Below, piece by piece: positions 9,188-18,890 of a stretch of DNA of 64,000 nucleotides. The notes under the pieces were generated by a model, which was not told the origin of the DNA, did not search any database, and saw only the letters and a list, made by a program, of their open reading frames with translations. A program made the position numbers and the translations under genes. This DNA comes from an uncultured delta proteobacterium (GTDB taxonomy: Bacteria > Desulfobacterota > Binatia > Binatales > Binataceae). The stretch spans positions 21,083-85,082 of the forward strand of contig CAWBGG010000003.1 of the NCBI GenBank assembly GCA_963788205.1, read 5' to 3'. Each line of letters begins with the position of its first letter. The first letter of the stretch is position 1.

Positions 9188-10238
9188 ATGGCGGCGGTCA
9201 AGACTGCGATAAAGACTATTGAGTGGCGTGCGGACAGCGTCCGCATGATCGACCAGCGGCTGCTTCCCGCGCGCGAGGTGATCCGAACCTACCGCGACTA
9301 CCGCGGTGTCGCGTCAGCGATCCGCTCGATGGTGATTCGGGGCGCCCCGGCGATCGGCGTGGCGGCTGCGATGGGCGTTGCGCTGGGGATCAAGGGATCG
9401 TGCGGAAGCCGCGCCAGAGTGCGCTTCGAGCGGGCCGCGGCGGTGCTCAAAGCGACCCGGCCGACCGCGGTGAATCTAGCCTGGGCGGTCGATCGGATGG
9501 GGCGCGTGCTGGAAGACAACTTGGCGCTTACCGCGCCCGCGCTGTTTCGCCGGATGCGCGATGAGGCCTTGGCGATCTGCAACGAGGACCTCGCCGCCAA
9601 TCGCAAGCTCGGGCGCTTCGGCGCCAACCTAATCGGCAATCCGGCGACCGTGTTGACCCATTGCAATGCCGGCGCGCTGGCTACCGCCGGTTACGGCACC
9701 GCGCTGGGTGTGGTGCGCGCGGCACGCGCGGCCGGCAAGCGGGTATCGGTCATCGCTGACGAGACTCGTCCCTATCTGCAGGGCGCGCGCCTGACCGCGT
9801 GGGAGCTGCACAAGGACCGCATTCCGGTCACCGTAATCGCCGACAACATGGCGGGCTCGGTGCTCGCGCGCGGCGGCGTCAGTTGCGTGATCGTGGGCGC
9901 CGATCGCATCGCGGCCAACGGTGACGTTGCGAACAAGATCGGCACTTACCCGCTGGCGGTGCTAGCCCATCGCCATCACGTTCCGTTCTACGTCGCGGCG
10001 CCGCTGTCTTCGATCGACTTCAACTGTCCGGGCGGCGAGTCGATTCCCATCGAACAACGATCGGAAAAGGAATTGACTGAATTTGCCTGGCCGCCGGATC
10101 ACGCCCCGGGGAGTTGGAATATTCAATCCGGCCTTCGACGTTACCCCGGCCGAATTAGTATCCGCGATCATCACCGAGCGCGGCATCGCCCGCGCTCCGT
10201 TCGCTGAGAGTCTGGCCGCGCTCAGGCCGGCACACTGA
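9188..10238 (+). CDS. mtnA: S-methyl-5-thioribose-1-phosphate isomerase, frameshift near 10087
   Basis: [42 protein letters not shown]; the shifted frame gives NPAFDVTP...IITERG. Confidence 0.93.
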
Positions 10239-10277
10239 GTCTTCCGCCTCCTGGGGCGCTTGCGGGCCAACCGGCTC

Positions 10278-10315
10278 AGTGTTGAATCGATGCGACTGCG
10301 CGCTGCCGAACTCAA
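10278..10315. repeat. 38-bp imperfect direct repeat, copy 1 (copy 2 at 10765..10802)
   Basis: AGTGTTGAATCGATGCGACTGCGCGCTGCCGAACTCAA. Confidence 0.75.
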
Positions 10316-10629
10316 TCAGGCCGCTCTGCTTTCTCCGGCCCCGTGCGTGCGCGCCTCGATGCTGCCGCAACGAGGGCCTTCTTCTTAAGGCGGCGAAGCT
10401 CCTCAGCCTTTGGGCTGGCCTGATCTTCGAGGAAGTCGAGGTGGCGATTGAACCAGCTTATTTTGCCGTAACGCTGGAACTCCAGGAAAAGCCCGTCGAG
10501 CAGCGCACATTCCGACGGCTGGAGTTTTGACCGGAGGGCACCATAACGGCGCCGCAAGCTGTCGTTGGTGGGTTCGGCCGCGCTGCTTTGGAAGCCTTGA
10601 GCGGCGATGTTGTCGCGTATTTGGGGCAT
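10312..10629 (-). CDS. Hypothetical protein (105 aa)
   Basis: ORF MPQIRDNIAA... with GGAG upstream; no recognised family. Confidence 0.5.
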   Translation of the reverse strand: MPQIRDNIAAQGFQSSAAEPTNDSLRRRYGALRSKLQPSECALLDGLFLEFQRYGKISWFNRHLDFLEDQASPKAEELRRLKKKALVAAASRRARTGPEKAERPD

Positions 10630-10764
10630 TTTTCGATTTTTCGCTCCGGGGTGAGCACAAACCGGCACACCCAATGACATAGTCAATATAGCACGATGCT
10701 CACGGGGCCGCATCGCAGCCAGCCGCGCCCGTTTTCGGCCCCGTCGGCAATGCGTCCCTCGATT

Positions 10765-10802
10765 AGTGTTGCATCGATGCGACTGTGCGCCGCACGAATC
10801 AA
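10765..10802. repeat. 38-bp imperfect direct repeat, copy 2
   Basis: AGTGTTGCATCGATGCGACTGTGCGCCGCACGAATCAA. Confidence 0.75.
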
Positions 10803-10901
10803 CTCTGCGTATTCGTTCGGTCGCAGTCTCGATTGCCAGGACGCAAATTTTATTGACAAATCGATATCGGTTGTTGCTATCTGGCACATCCGGCCGGCGG
10901 C

Positions 10902-12089
10902 GTGGGAGTTGCTTATGCTGTGGTGGTGGTCCCGCTCGGAATTCAGCGCTATCGGATCGCGCTAGGCCTGTGCCTGGCGATGTCGAGCGTCCTGTATCGC
11001 AGCAACGCGCTGTCTGCGCTCGGCTCGATCGTAACCGGCGATAGCAACTACGATCTTAGCGACCCCGTACCAACTAACCTAACGGTCCACTGGATAGCCG
11101 GCGGGCCGGACCCGGTGACCGGCGCCGTCCCACAAGCGCGCTCGCCGTTCTACGGCCACGGTGGACCATTGCACTGGGAAGTAGTGCTCGGCAGCGGCCG
11201 CTTTATCGATCACCAGACCGACTTCTACCTGCCCGGCGCGGTGCCGATAAATCTGACCCGCACCTATCGGCCGATGGACGATAGTCCACAGTCGTTCGGC
11301 CGTGGAACCAGCGACTCCTACGAGATCTCCGTCGAACAGGGCTCTCCGGCGGGGGTCTTCATGGATTTGGTATTGCCCGACGCAACCCGAATTCACTATC
11401 GGCGGATCTCGGCGGTCGCGGATCTCGCCGGCGCAGTGTACCTGAATGGCGCGACGCCGGGACCGTTCTTCGGCTCGACGATCTCAAGGCGTGGGCAGGG
11501 ATGGGATCTGAGGCTTTCCAACGGGACTGTCTTTGACTTTCGCGACTCGCCGGCAAATGAGTATCGCGGCTGCGCGGCGCTGGTAAGTATTACCAGCGCG
11601 CGTGGCGAGACCCTCGCGATCAAGCGTGACCGACTGGGCAACAAGCTCCGAATTACCTCGCCCGACGGCGGCACGCTGCTCTTCAGACACGACCGCCACA
11701 ACCGGATTATCGAGGTGCGCGACAACGAGGGCCAGGTTGCGGCTTACGCTTACGATCGCAGCGGGCGACTCGCGGCGGTTACCGACATCGCCGGCGGCAT
11801 CAGCCGCTACAGCTACGATACGGCCGGGGGAATCGTCGCGATCACAGATCCGGCCTGCTGGCGCTGGATGAAGATCACCTACGACCAGCATCATCGGGTC
11901 GTCGCTCAGGACGTCCTGACCGGGCGCCACAGCCGCCGGTACTTCTACAGCCTCGGCGCCGACGGCCGTATCGCAGCGGCGGATATCATCTTCGCCGACG
12001 GCAGCCGCGAGCATCACCGGCTCGACTCCCAGGGCTGCGAGGTGCTGCCGGCTGACGACCCGCCGCCCAGCCGCCTCGTTGACCTCTGA
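10902..12089 (+). CDS. Short RHS/YD-repeat protein with DUF6531-like N-terminus
   Basis: TDFYLPGAVPINLTRTYR...FGRG; YAYDRSGRLAAVTD, YSYDTAG and ITYDQHHRV repeats. Confidence 0.8.
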   Translation: MGVAYAVVVVPLGIQRYRIALGLCLAMSSVLYRSNALSALGSIVTGDSNYDLSDPVPTNLTVHWIAGGPDPVTGAVPQARSPFYGHGGPLHWEVVLGSGRFIDHQTDFYLPGAVPINLTRTYRPMDDSPQSFGRGTSDSYEISVEQGSPAGVFMDLVLPDATRIHYRRISAVADLAGAVYLNGATPGPFFGSTISRRGQGWDLRLSNGTVFDFRDSPANEYRGCAALVSITSARGETLAIKRDRLGNKLRITSPDGGTLLFRHDRHNRIIEVRDNEGQVAAYAYDRSGRLAAVTDIAGGISRYSYDTAGGIVAITDPACWRWMKITYDQHHRVVAQDVLTGRHSRRYFYSLGADGRIAAADIIFADGSREHHRLDSQGCEVLPADDPPPSRLVDL

Positions 12090-12181
12090 GCGCCTCTCTA
12101 TCGCCAAAACAGGAGCGGTCTTTAAGGCCCCTCCACGGCCCGGGCTTTTAGCGAAATCGCTGTCTGGCGCTTTCCCCGCCC

Positions 12182-12508
12182 TTACGCTGTCACTTCGTGT
12201 GCGGCGCTTTCAGCGCGCCGTACCCGGACCTTAACCTCTACGCGCGACCCGAGCCGATTGATGATCGACATCAGGCGATCGACGGTGAAGCGCCCGAGGT
12301 TCGCATTGCGAATGCGAGAGAAGTCGGTCGCCGCGATGCCGGTGCGGCTGTGCGCGGCGCGCACGCTCAAGCCGTCCCGATCGAGCGCCTTGATGATCTC
12401 AGCAGCCAGGATCGCTTTGAACTGTTGGGCATCCGCACTCTCATCTCCGAGGTCGCGAAAAACATTTCCGCTTCCTCGCACCGCTTCCAGCTTTTCTTTC
12501 TTCATCAC
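12182..12508 (-). CDS. XRE/HTH_37 (HigA-like) antitoxin or regulator
   Basis: GSGNVFRDLG...DFSRIRNANLGRFTVDRLM. Confidence 0.88.
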   Translation of the reverse strand: MMKKEKLEAVRGSGNVFRDLGDESADAQQFKAILAAEIIKALDRDGLSVRAAHSRTGIAATDFSRIRNANLGRFTVDRLMSIINRLGSRVEVKVRVRRAESAAHEVTA

Positions 12509-12521
12509 AACATCTCGCTTC

Positions 12522-12548
12522 TGTTGTCATATATGACAACACTGTCAA
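12522..12548 (-). promoter_or_regulatory. Perfect 20-bp operator palindrome plus TTGACA -35 box
   Basis: TGTTGTCATA|TATGACAACA at 12522..12541; TTGACA on the - strand at 12543..12548. Confidence 0.75.
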
Positions 12549-12560
12549 GCAAGCCCGCCA

Positions 12561-12702
12561 GACGGTGGTCAAGTTGGGCTTTGATGTTCCGAGCTGAAAG
12601 CCCGAAGCCTCGGTCGATTCCGCTTCCTGCCACCCACCTTCGCCGCACCCTAGGCGCAGGGGTCCTCAGCCGGCAATCGCAGAGCCGAAGTTGACCGCTA
12701 CC
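12561..12702 (+). mobile_element. MITE-like element copy A (lacks the inner hairpin module)
   Basis: Ends GGTGGTCAAGTT...AAGTTGACCGCTACC; body aligns with 53657..53926 and the reverse complement of 56490..56783. Confidence 0.75.
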
Positions 12703-12774
12703 CGCCGGACAGTAGTGGCCGGGTTTGGGCTCTTGATTCTCTAATTGAGACAAGCGATTCCTACGCTGTTGACT

Positions 12775-13269
12775 ATGATGCCCAGCACTGCCAGCGCCGA
12801 GATTCATATCGCGATGCCGCCTGATCGGGTGTGGGAGAAGTTGCGCGACTTGAGCAAGCCGCATCTCTATGTGCCCGGCCTCACCGGCTGTCAGATTACG
12901 ACCGCGCAGCGCGAAGGGGTGGGCGCGAGCCGGCGGGTATTTCAAAAGGGGCGCGCGCCGATGGACGAGACCGTGATCGAGTGGACGGAAGGGCAGGGCT
13001 TTGTGATTCGGCTGCATCAAGGCGACAAGTCTCCGCTCCCGTTCAAGGAAGCCCGCTTCATCTACCGAATCGACGCGGACATCGACGGCGGATCGATCTT
13101 CAAACCGGCGATTGTCTACACGCTGCGCGGCGGAGCCTTCGGGAAGCTGCTGGATCGCCTGGTGCTGAACCGGGTCATCACCGGGGTCGTGCGGAAGGTC
13201 GGTCTTAATCTCAAGCAGTACTACGAGACCGGCCAGCCCTCGAACCGGGCTTACCGGGACTCGAAGTAG
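12775..13269 (+). CDS. SRPBCC (polyketide cyclase-like) family protein
   Basis: IAMPPDRVWEKLRD...GVGASRRV...ETVIEW pattern. Confidence 0.8.
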   Translation: MMPSTASAEIHIAMPPDRVWEKLRDLSKPHLYVPGLTGCQITTAQREGVGASRRVFQKGRAPMDETVIEWTEGQGFVIRLHQGDKSPLPFKEARFIYRIDADIDGGSIFKPAIVYTLRGGAFGKLLDRLVLNRVITGVVRKVGLNLKQYYETGQPSNRAYRDSK

Positions 13270-13362
13270 GCGCCAGCCTGCGCGCGCATGATCGCTTGAA
13301 TTCACTTCAGGGTTGGGTCAGGCTTTTAAACTCGCATGGACGACTGACGAGCACGCTGCGAC

Positions 13363-14670
13363 GTGAGTGCAATCGGTACAGTGATCGAGGCGGCTCCCCG
13401 CTATGCCGCGCTGCTCCGATCGCAGTATTGGAAGCCTGAGCAACTCGACTCTTACCGCGAGCGTCACCTCGCAAAGACGCTCCGCGCCGCGGCGCAGATT
13501 CGGTTTTACGCCGAACGGCTGGGCGGCGCGCCCCGGGTCGAGGATCTTCATCGGCTTCCGGTCCTGCAACGCAGCGACATCGCGGCGCTGAGCCGCTCGC
13601 TCCGCTCGCTTTATCCGGTCGATACCCGCTACATCAGGTCGCGCTCATCCGGAACCAGCGGCGATGCGGTCGAGCTATTGTTCGATCGGTCTCATCAGCG
13701 CGGTCGATACGCCGCGCGGATCCGATATCTGCGGAGCGACGGATGGAATCCGCTAGCCCGCACCGCATGGTTCAACAGCAGCCGATTCATGGCGGGCAAT
13801 AGCGACTCTGCCGACGCGGCGTTTGCGAGAAGCCGGTTGATCCGCGTGGGCCTCACGTTCATTTCCAATTCCACTCCTTTTCACGAGCAGGTGAGAATCC
13901 TGGCGAAGCTCAAGCCGGCGTTCCTCTATGTGTATCCAAACGACCTCGACGGAATGCTGAGTGCTCTGGAGGAGTCTGGGCAGACGCTGCCCTCGCTGCG
14001 CCGGATTTTTTCGGGCGGAGAGGTCGTGACTGATTCGCTGCGCGATCGCGTCCGGCGGCGGTTGGGCCTGGAAACATTTGACAATTACGGCTCGACTGAA
14101 GCGTTCATGGCATGGCAATGCCCCACGGGCAGCTATCACATCAACGCCGAGCACGTTTTCCTCGAGGTCGTGGATGAAGCCGGCCGCCAAGTCGCTCCCG
14201 GTCAACACGGCCGCGTACTGGTTACGACCCTGGAGAACTACCTGATGCCCCTGGTGCGCTATGAAATCGGCGACTACGCTATCGCGACTGAAGGCAATTG
14301 CTCGTGCGGGCGGACTCTGCCGCTATTCGGACAGGTTCTCGGCCGCCAGATGAACCTCTTGCGAACGGTCGATGGCAGCCTGACCTCGGGCTGGCCGCTG
14401 GTGAACATCTTGCGGGACGTTCCGGAGCTGCGCTTGTTCCAGATCGTCCAGCGATCGGTCGACCAAATATCGGTGCGTTACGTCGCGGAGCAACCTATGG
14501 GCGCGCAGGCCGAAACTCGGATCCGAACCGGGTTCAGCGGTTTGCTGGGAGACCGTGCAGCCGTCGGATTTGAGCGTGTACCGCAAATTGCGCGCACTGC
14601 CGGGGGCAAGTTCATGCTCACGCTATCGGAAGTGCCGAGCCAGGCTGCGGTTGCGGCACATGAAAGGTAG
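13363..14670 (+). CDS. Phenylacetate-CoA ligase-like (PaaK/CapK) adenylate-forming protein
   Basis: RSSGTSG, DNYGSTE, MPLVRYEIGD, CSCGRTLP, RTAGGKF. Confidence 0.85.
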   Translation: MSAIGTVIEAAPRYAALLRSQYWKPEQLDSYRERHLAKTLRAAAQIRFYAERLGGAPRVEDLHRLPVLQRSDIAALSRSLRSLYPVDTRYIRSRSSGTSGDAVELLFDRSHQRGRYAARIRYLRSDGWNPLARTAWFNSSRFMAGNSDSADAAFARSRLIRVGLTFISNSTPFHEQVRILAKLKPAFLYVYPNDLDGMLSALEESGQTLPSLRRIFSGGEVVTDSLRDRVRRRLGLETFDNYGSTEAFMAWQCPTGSYHINAEHVFLEVVDEAGRQVAPGQHGRVLVTTLENYLMPLVRYEIGDYAIATEGNCSCGRTLPLFGQVLGRQMNLLRTVDGSLTSGWPLVNILRDVPELRLFQIVQRSVDQISVRYVAEQPMGAQAETRIRTGFSGLLGDRAAVGFERVPQIARTAGGKFMLTLSEVPSQAAVAAHER

Positions 14671-14863
14671 GCGATCGCGCAGATGGAGCGCCACGTAGCA
14701 GACGCGCTGGCGTGATCCGGGTCTGATCCCTGGTGCTTGCAGACCCCCTGCTGCAGATACAAAATACACCAAACCTCGTTCTCCATTGCCGGCCGACTCG
14801 ATTGGAGCGTAGAGAGGGGGGGTGCGGGGAAGAGCATAGTCAATAGGGAGATTGAGCGGGGAG

Positions 14864-16411
14864 ATGAAGATAGCAAAGCGGTTTGCTGATCCGTGCACAA
14901 CTCCAGGTTGTCACAGAGTTCGTGCGACAATGGTGCGGCGAGGGCTTGGCTCCTTGGTAGCCGCGCCTGGGCTGATTCTGGCTCTCGTTGCGACGGCCAA
15001 TGCGACCGTCCACTGCGTGAGCGCCAACGGCAAAGTGCCCAAGGCGACGGCCAAGCTCACCGGTTGCGCGGCCATGACTTCTTTTATGACGATCAGCAGC
15101 GCCGTTGCGGCCGCGGCTCCCGGCGATACCGTGTACGTCGTCAATGGAACCTACTCGGAGATGGTGACGATACCGGCCACGCTTACCGGGCTTTCGCTAA
15201 TCGGCGAGGAGTCGGGATGCCCGCTCGGCGGCTGCCCGCCGTTTCTACTTGGTGTCGGCGCGCTTGGAAAGCTGAAGACCATCATCAACGCGAGCAACTT
15301 GACCAACGGGATTTGGGATCAAGCCAGCAGCGTGACGATCAGCGGCTTCGCGGTCTCCAACGCCAATCACGAAGGCATCCTGGTGCAGGGCGCGCAGCCG
15401 ACTTGCACTACGGCCTCGCCGCCGGTCTGCACCCCTGCGGGTCCGTCGATCAACCACGTCACCATCAGCGACAATTCCATCACCGGCAACGACAAGCAGG
15501 CGACGCCGACGACTTGTCCGGGCGGTCCCGATCTCGAAGCGGGCGATTGCGGCGAGGGCTTGCATCTGGACGGCGTGGTGCTCTCGACCGTAGTGAACAA
15601 CACGGTTGACGGTAACGCCGGCGGAATCCTGATCACCGACGAGACCGACCCCAACCACGACAACCTGATTCTCGCCAACGACGTAGAGGGCAACAACACC
15701 GGCGCCGCTTGCGGTATCACGCTTCCCTCGCACACTCCCCAAGGCAGCTTCGCCAATGCGGGTGCGGCTTGCTTCGGCGTTTTCCACAACACCGTAGCGG
15801 GCAACATCTCCAAGGGTAACAGCAACGGGGCAGGGGTTGGAGTTTTCGCTCCCTTTCCCGGCAGCGCCGCGTACGAAAATGTCATCGCCGAAAACCAGCT
15901 AATCGGCAACGGCCAGCCGGGCGTCAGCTTTCACAGCCATGCTCCCGCCCAGAACCTCGGCGGCAACACGGTGGTCGGGAACACGATTCAGGGCAACGGA
16001 GCTGATCCGTCCCCCGGGCCGACCGAGACTGACGGTCCGGCCGCCGCGACGGGAATCGAGGTCTATGCCGATTTGACCGCGCCGCCGCTTGACGTGCAGA
16101 TCGAGGGCAACACGATCAGCGACGAGGCCAATGACATCTGGGTCGGCGCGCCAGGTTGGACCAACTGTGGATCGGCTGCCGCACCTTGTTACAATGTGTC
16201 CGCTTATCTCAACATTCTGGACGGCGGAAAAACTGCCGTGACGGGCGTGAACAACGTCGGAGCCAGCGCCGCGGTTTCGGTCGGTGCGGCCGACGATTAC
16301 TGGGGATGCTCCAGCGGCCCGGGTACAGCGAAGGGATGCTCGTCCACAACCGGCAACGTCAGTACGTCGCCGTTCCTGATCGCTCCGGATCTGGGTCCTT
16401 TTAGCAAGTAA
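14864..16411 (+). CDS. Secreted right-handed parallel beta-helix (NosD/pectin-lyase-like) protein; true start may be 14930
   Basis: Signal peptide, GDTVYVVNGTYSE, many N-x-I-x-G-N repeats, C-terminal DDYWG. Confidence 0.82.
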   Translation: MKIAKRFADPCTTPGCHRVRATMVRRGLGSLVAAPGLILALVATANATVHCVSANGKVPKATAKLTGCAAMTSFMTISSAVAAAAPGDTVYVVNGTYSEMVTIPATLTGLSLIGEESGCPLGGCPPFLLGVGALGKLKTIINASNLTNGIWDQASSVTISGFAVSNANHEGILVQGAQPTCTTASPPVCTPAGPSINHVTISDNSITGNDKQATPTTCPGGPDLEAGDCGEGLHLDGVVLSTVVNNTVDGNAGGILITDETDPNHDNLILANDVEGNNTGAACGITLPSHTPQGSFANAGAACFGVFHNTVAGNISKGNSNGAGVGVFAPFPGSAAYENVIAENQLIGNGQPGVSFHSHAPAQNLGGNTVVGNTIQGNGADPSPGPTETDGPAAATGIEVYADLTAPPLDVQIEGNTISDEANDIWVGAPGWTNCGSAAAPCYNVSAYLNILDGGKTAVTGVNNVGASAAVSVGAADDYWGCSSGPGTAKGCSSTTGNVSTSPFLIAPDLGPFSK

Positions 16412-16414
16412 AGC

Positions 16415-17029
16415 TCAGGGAGCCCTGCCGGATTTCCGAGCGACCGCGCTACGCAGGAAATGCATGCGGTCTTGCCCCCAGTAGAGCTTGCCGGCATAGA
16501 CGAAGCTCGGAACACCGAAGATTCGGTCGCGCTGGACCCCTAGGCGCCAACCGGCGGACGCCTCGGCACGAAGCTCTTCGGAATGAGCCGCGGAGAGGAT
16601 GGCCTCGGGGTCAAGACCGGCGCGACGGGCGGCGTCGGCGATGACGCTGTCATCGCCGAGGTCGAGGCCTTCGCCAAAACGCTTGCGGAACACTTCCAGC
16701 ATGAAGCTTTGCCCGGCGCCTTGGCGCTCTGCGCCGAGAAAGGCCGCGTGCGAGATCGACCAGTCGGGATCGGCTGCGGAAGGGAAGCGGACGGTCAGCC
16801 CGCGCTCGCGCGCCAGCCGCGCGATGTCCTGCACGATGTAGGCAACTTTGTCTGGCATCGCCGCAGGGTCGTTCGGGAAAAGCTCGGGCGTTGGATAGAT
16901 CGGAAGCCGCGCAATCTCTACCCCAAGGTCCCCCAGCTCCGATTCGAGCCGCTCGGTCGCGAGCCAGGCGTAGGGACTCCGGAAGCTGAAGTAGAACCGA
17001 ATCGAGTTCTGATTGCTGGAGTCAATCAT
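16415..17029 (-). CDS. 2-hydroxychromene-2-carboxylate isomerase/DsbA (kappa GST) family protein
   Basis: FYFSFRSPYAWL and IFGVPSF...YWGQDR. Confidence 0.9.
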   Translation of the reverse strand: MIDSSNQNSIRFYFSFRSPYAWLATERLESELGDLGVEIARLPIYPTPELFPNDPAAMPDKVAYIVQDIARLARERGLTVRFPSAADPDWSISHAAFLGAERQGAGQSFMLEVFRKRFGEGLDLGDDSVIADAARRAGLDPEAILSAAHSEELRAEASAGWRLGVQRDRIFGVPSFVYAGKLYWGQDRMHFLRSAVARKSGRAP

Positions 17030-17092
17030 GTCGTTCGGGGAATGCGCACCTTCGCCCGGCCCCGCTTGGCACGATCCACTAGAGGCGCGCCC

Positions 17093-17889
17093 TTACTCGC
17101 CCGACCAGTTGGGCTTGCGCTTTTGCGCAAACGCGAGCGGACCCTCGATCGCGTCTTTGGATCGAAACAGCTTTGAGGTCGCCTCGTAGCGTTTCGCCGT
17201 CGCCTCCTGGAGCGGCAATCCCAGCCCGCCCATCGCGGCCTCCTTGGAGGCCTGCACCGCCAGCGGCGAGCATTCGGCGATCTCCGCAGCCCATCGTTCC
17301 GCGGTCGCGATCAGGTCTTTGATGGGCACGACCTCGTTGGCGATGCCCCATCGATGGGCCTCGGCCGCTGTGATGTGCTTGCCGGTCAGCATCATGCCCA
17401 TCGCGATTTTAAGCGGGATATGACGCGGCAGGCGATGGACGCCGCCGCCGCAGCCAATAATCCGACCCACGGCTCCGGCAATCCAAAGCGCGCGTGCTCG
17501 GCCGCGATTATGATGTCGCACGAGAGCGCGATCTCGAATCCGCCGCCGAGCGCGAAGCCGTTGACCGCTGCGATGATCGGCTTGTTGATGTCGTAGCGCG
17601 CGGTAATCCCGGCGAAGCCGCCCTTCGCGCGAATCGCCGTTTCGCCGCCGCCGCGAAACTGCTCGGGATGCTCGGCCGTGTATTTCAAATCATTGCCCGC
17701 CGAGAAGGCCTTCTCGCCGGCGCCGGTCAGGATCGCGACCCACAATTGCTTGTCGGCCGCGAAATCGTCCCAGACCTGATCCATTTCGAGATGACAGGGC
17801 GGATGCAGCGCGTTCATCACCTCGGGACGGTTCAATGTGATGTGCGCGATATGGCCGCGCTTGTCGTATTTCACGAATTTCAAATCCAT
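17093..17889 (-). CDS. Enoyl-CoA hydratase (carnitinyl-CoA dehydratase-like), frameshift near 17450
   Basis: LNRPEVMNAL, FSAGNDLK, GGGFEIAL; the second frame ends EGPLAFAQKRKPNWSGE. Confidence 0.88.
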
Positions 17890-17924
17890 TGCTTGATTGG
17901 CCTCCTTGATCGGGATGAGACGGG

Positions 17925-18161
17925 CTATTTTTCCTCGCCGAGCAGTTCAAAGAACGCGTCGAGGCTGTGCATCAACTGGCGCTTGATTTGGGCGCGCGTG
18001 CCCTCGATGAGATGCATCGTGACCCGCACCGGGTTGCCTTCCTTCACCAGCACCTTCGCGTCCTCGACGCTCACCACGCTATCGGAGTCGAGCAGGCGCA
18101 GGCCGTAGATCAGTGTGAGCTTGGGCGACGCGCCTTTGACCAGCTTTAAACCCTGCGCCAT
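17925..18161 (-). CDS. Small hypothetical protein (78 aa)
   Basis: GGAGG RBS before MAQGLKLVK... Confidence 0.6.
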   Translation of the reverse strand: MAQGLKLVKGASPKLTLIYGLRLLDSDSVVSVEDAKVLVKEGNPVRVTMHLIEGTRAQIKRQLMHSLDAFFELLGEEK

Positions 18162-18314
18162 CGGGACCTCCAGCTTCGGGCAACGCCGCCTTATACCACA
18201 AAGCGCCCCGTTTGTTTCCATCCGGCCCATCGCGGCGCCACCACCCCGGGGCAGCGCTCCCCCCCGACGAAGCTGCGTTGACAAGACGGCAAGGCGCCGC
18301 GACAATCACCGTCC

Positions 18315-18737
18315 GTGGCGCCAGCACGTATCGTGGGCTGTTTGTTTCTCGTGATCCCGATCGCGATCGGTGGATGCGGCCTCGTCTATCGTGCTCACAC
18401 CGAGGTGCGCGCCTCGCACATGGAGAAGTATCTGCAGCCGGGCGAGAGCACGCTGGACGTTCACAGCGATTGGGGCGAGCCCGACATCAGGAACTACGTC
18501 GACAATCACGTCCAGGTGTGGAGCTATGCGGCCAAGGCCAACACCAACGACGTGACGGCGGCGCTCCTGTACACCGCGCCCAAGGAGGGTGACAGCGGAC
18601 GTTTTGTGGACCTCAAATTCGTCAACGGCCGGCTGGCGTCGTGGAGCGAGGCCGATCACGCGATGCCCAAGAAGGAAGGCACCAGTTTCGACTACGGGAT
18701 GAACCCCGGAGCGATGCCGCAGGCTGCGCACTATTAG
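18315..18737 (+). CDS. Putative lipoprotein (SmpA/BamE-like)
   Basis: Lipobox IGGC; LQPGES..DV...WGEPD...WSY...F.NGRL. Confidence 0.65.
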   Translation: MAPARIVGCLFLVIPIAIGGCGLVYRAHTEVRASHMEKYLQPGESTLDVHSDWGEPDIRNYVDNHVQVWSYAAKANTNDVTAALLYTAPKEGDSGRFVDLKFVNGRLASWSEADHAMPKKEGTSFDYGMNPGAMPQAAHY

Positions 18738-18890
18738 GGTGAAGAGGCTTCGCTAAGCGCCGTCTGTATACTTGCTAGTCGCTTATGCTACTGTGTCAGG
18801 CCAGACTCACGCTTGGTGCCGTTCTGGTGAGTTGACTGCTTCACGTGTAGGGTAGTGGGCGGAGCTTCGGGCAGAAACAAGCGGTAAACG

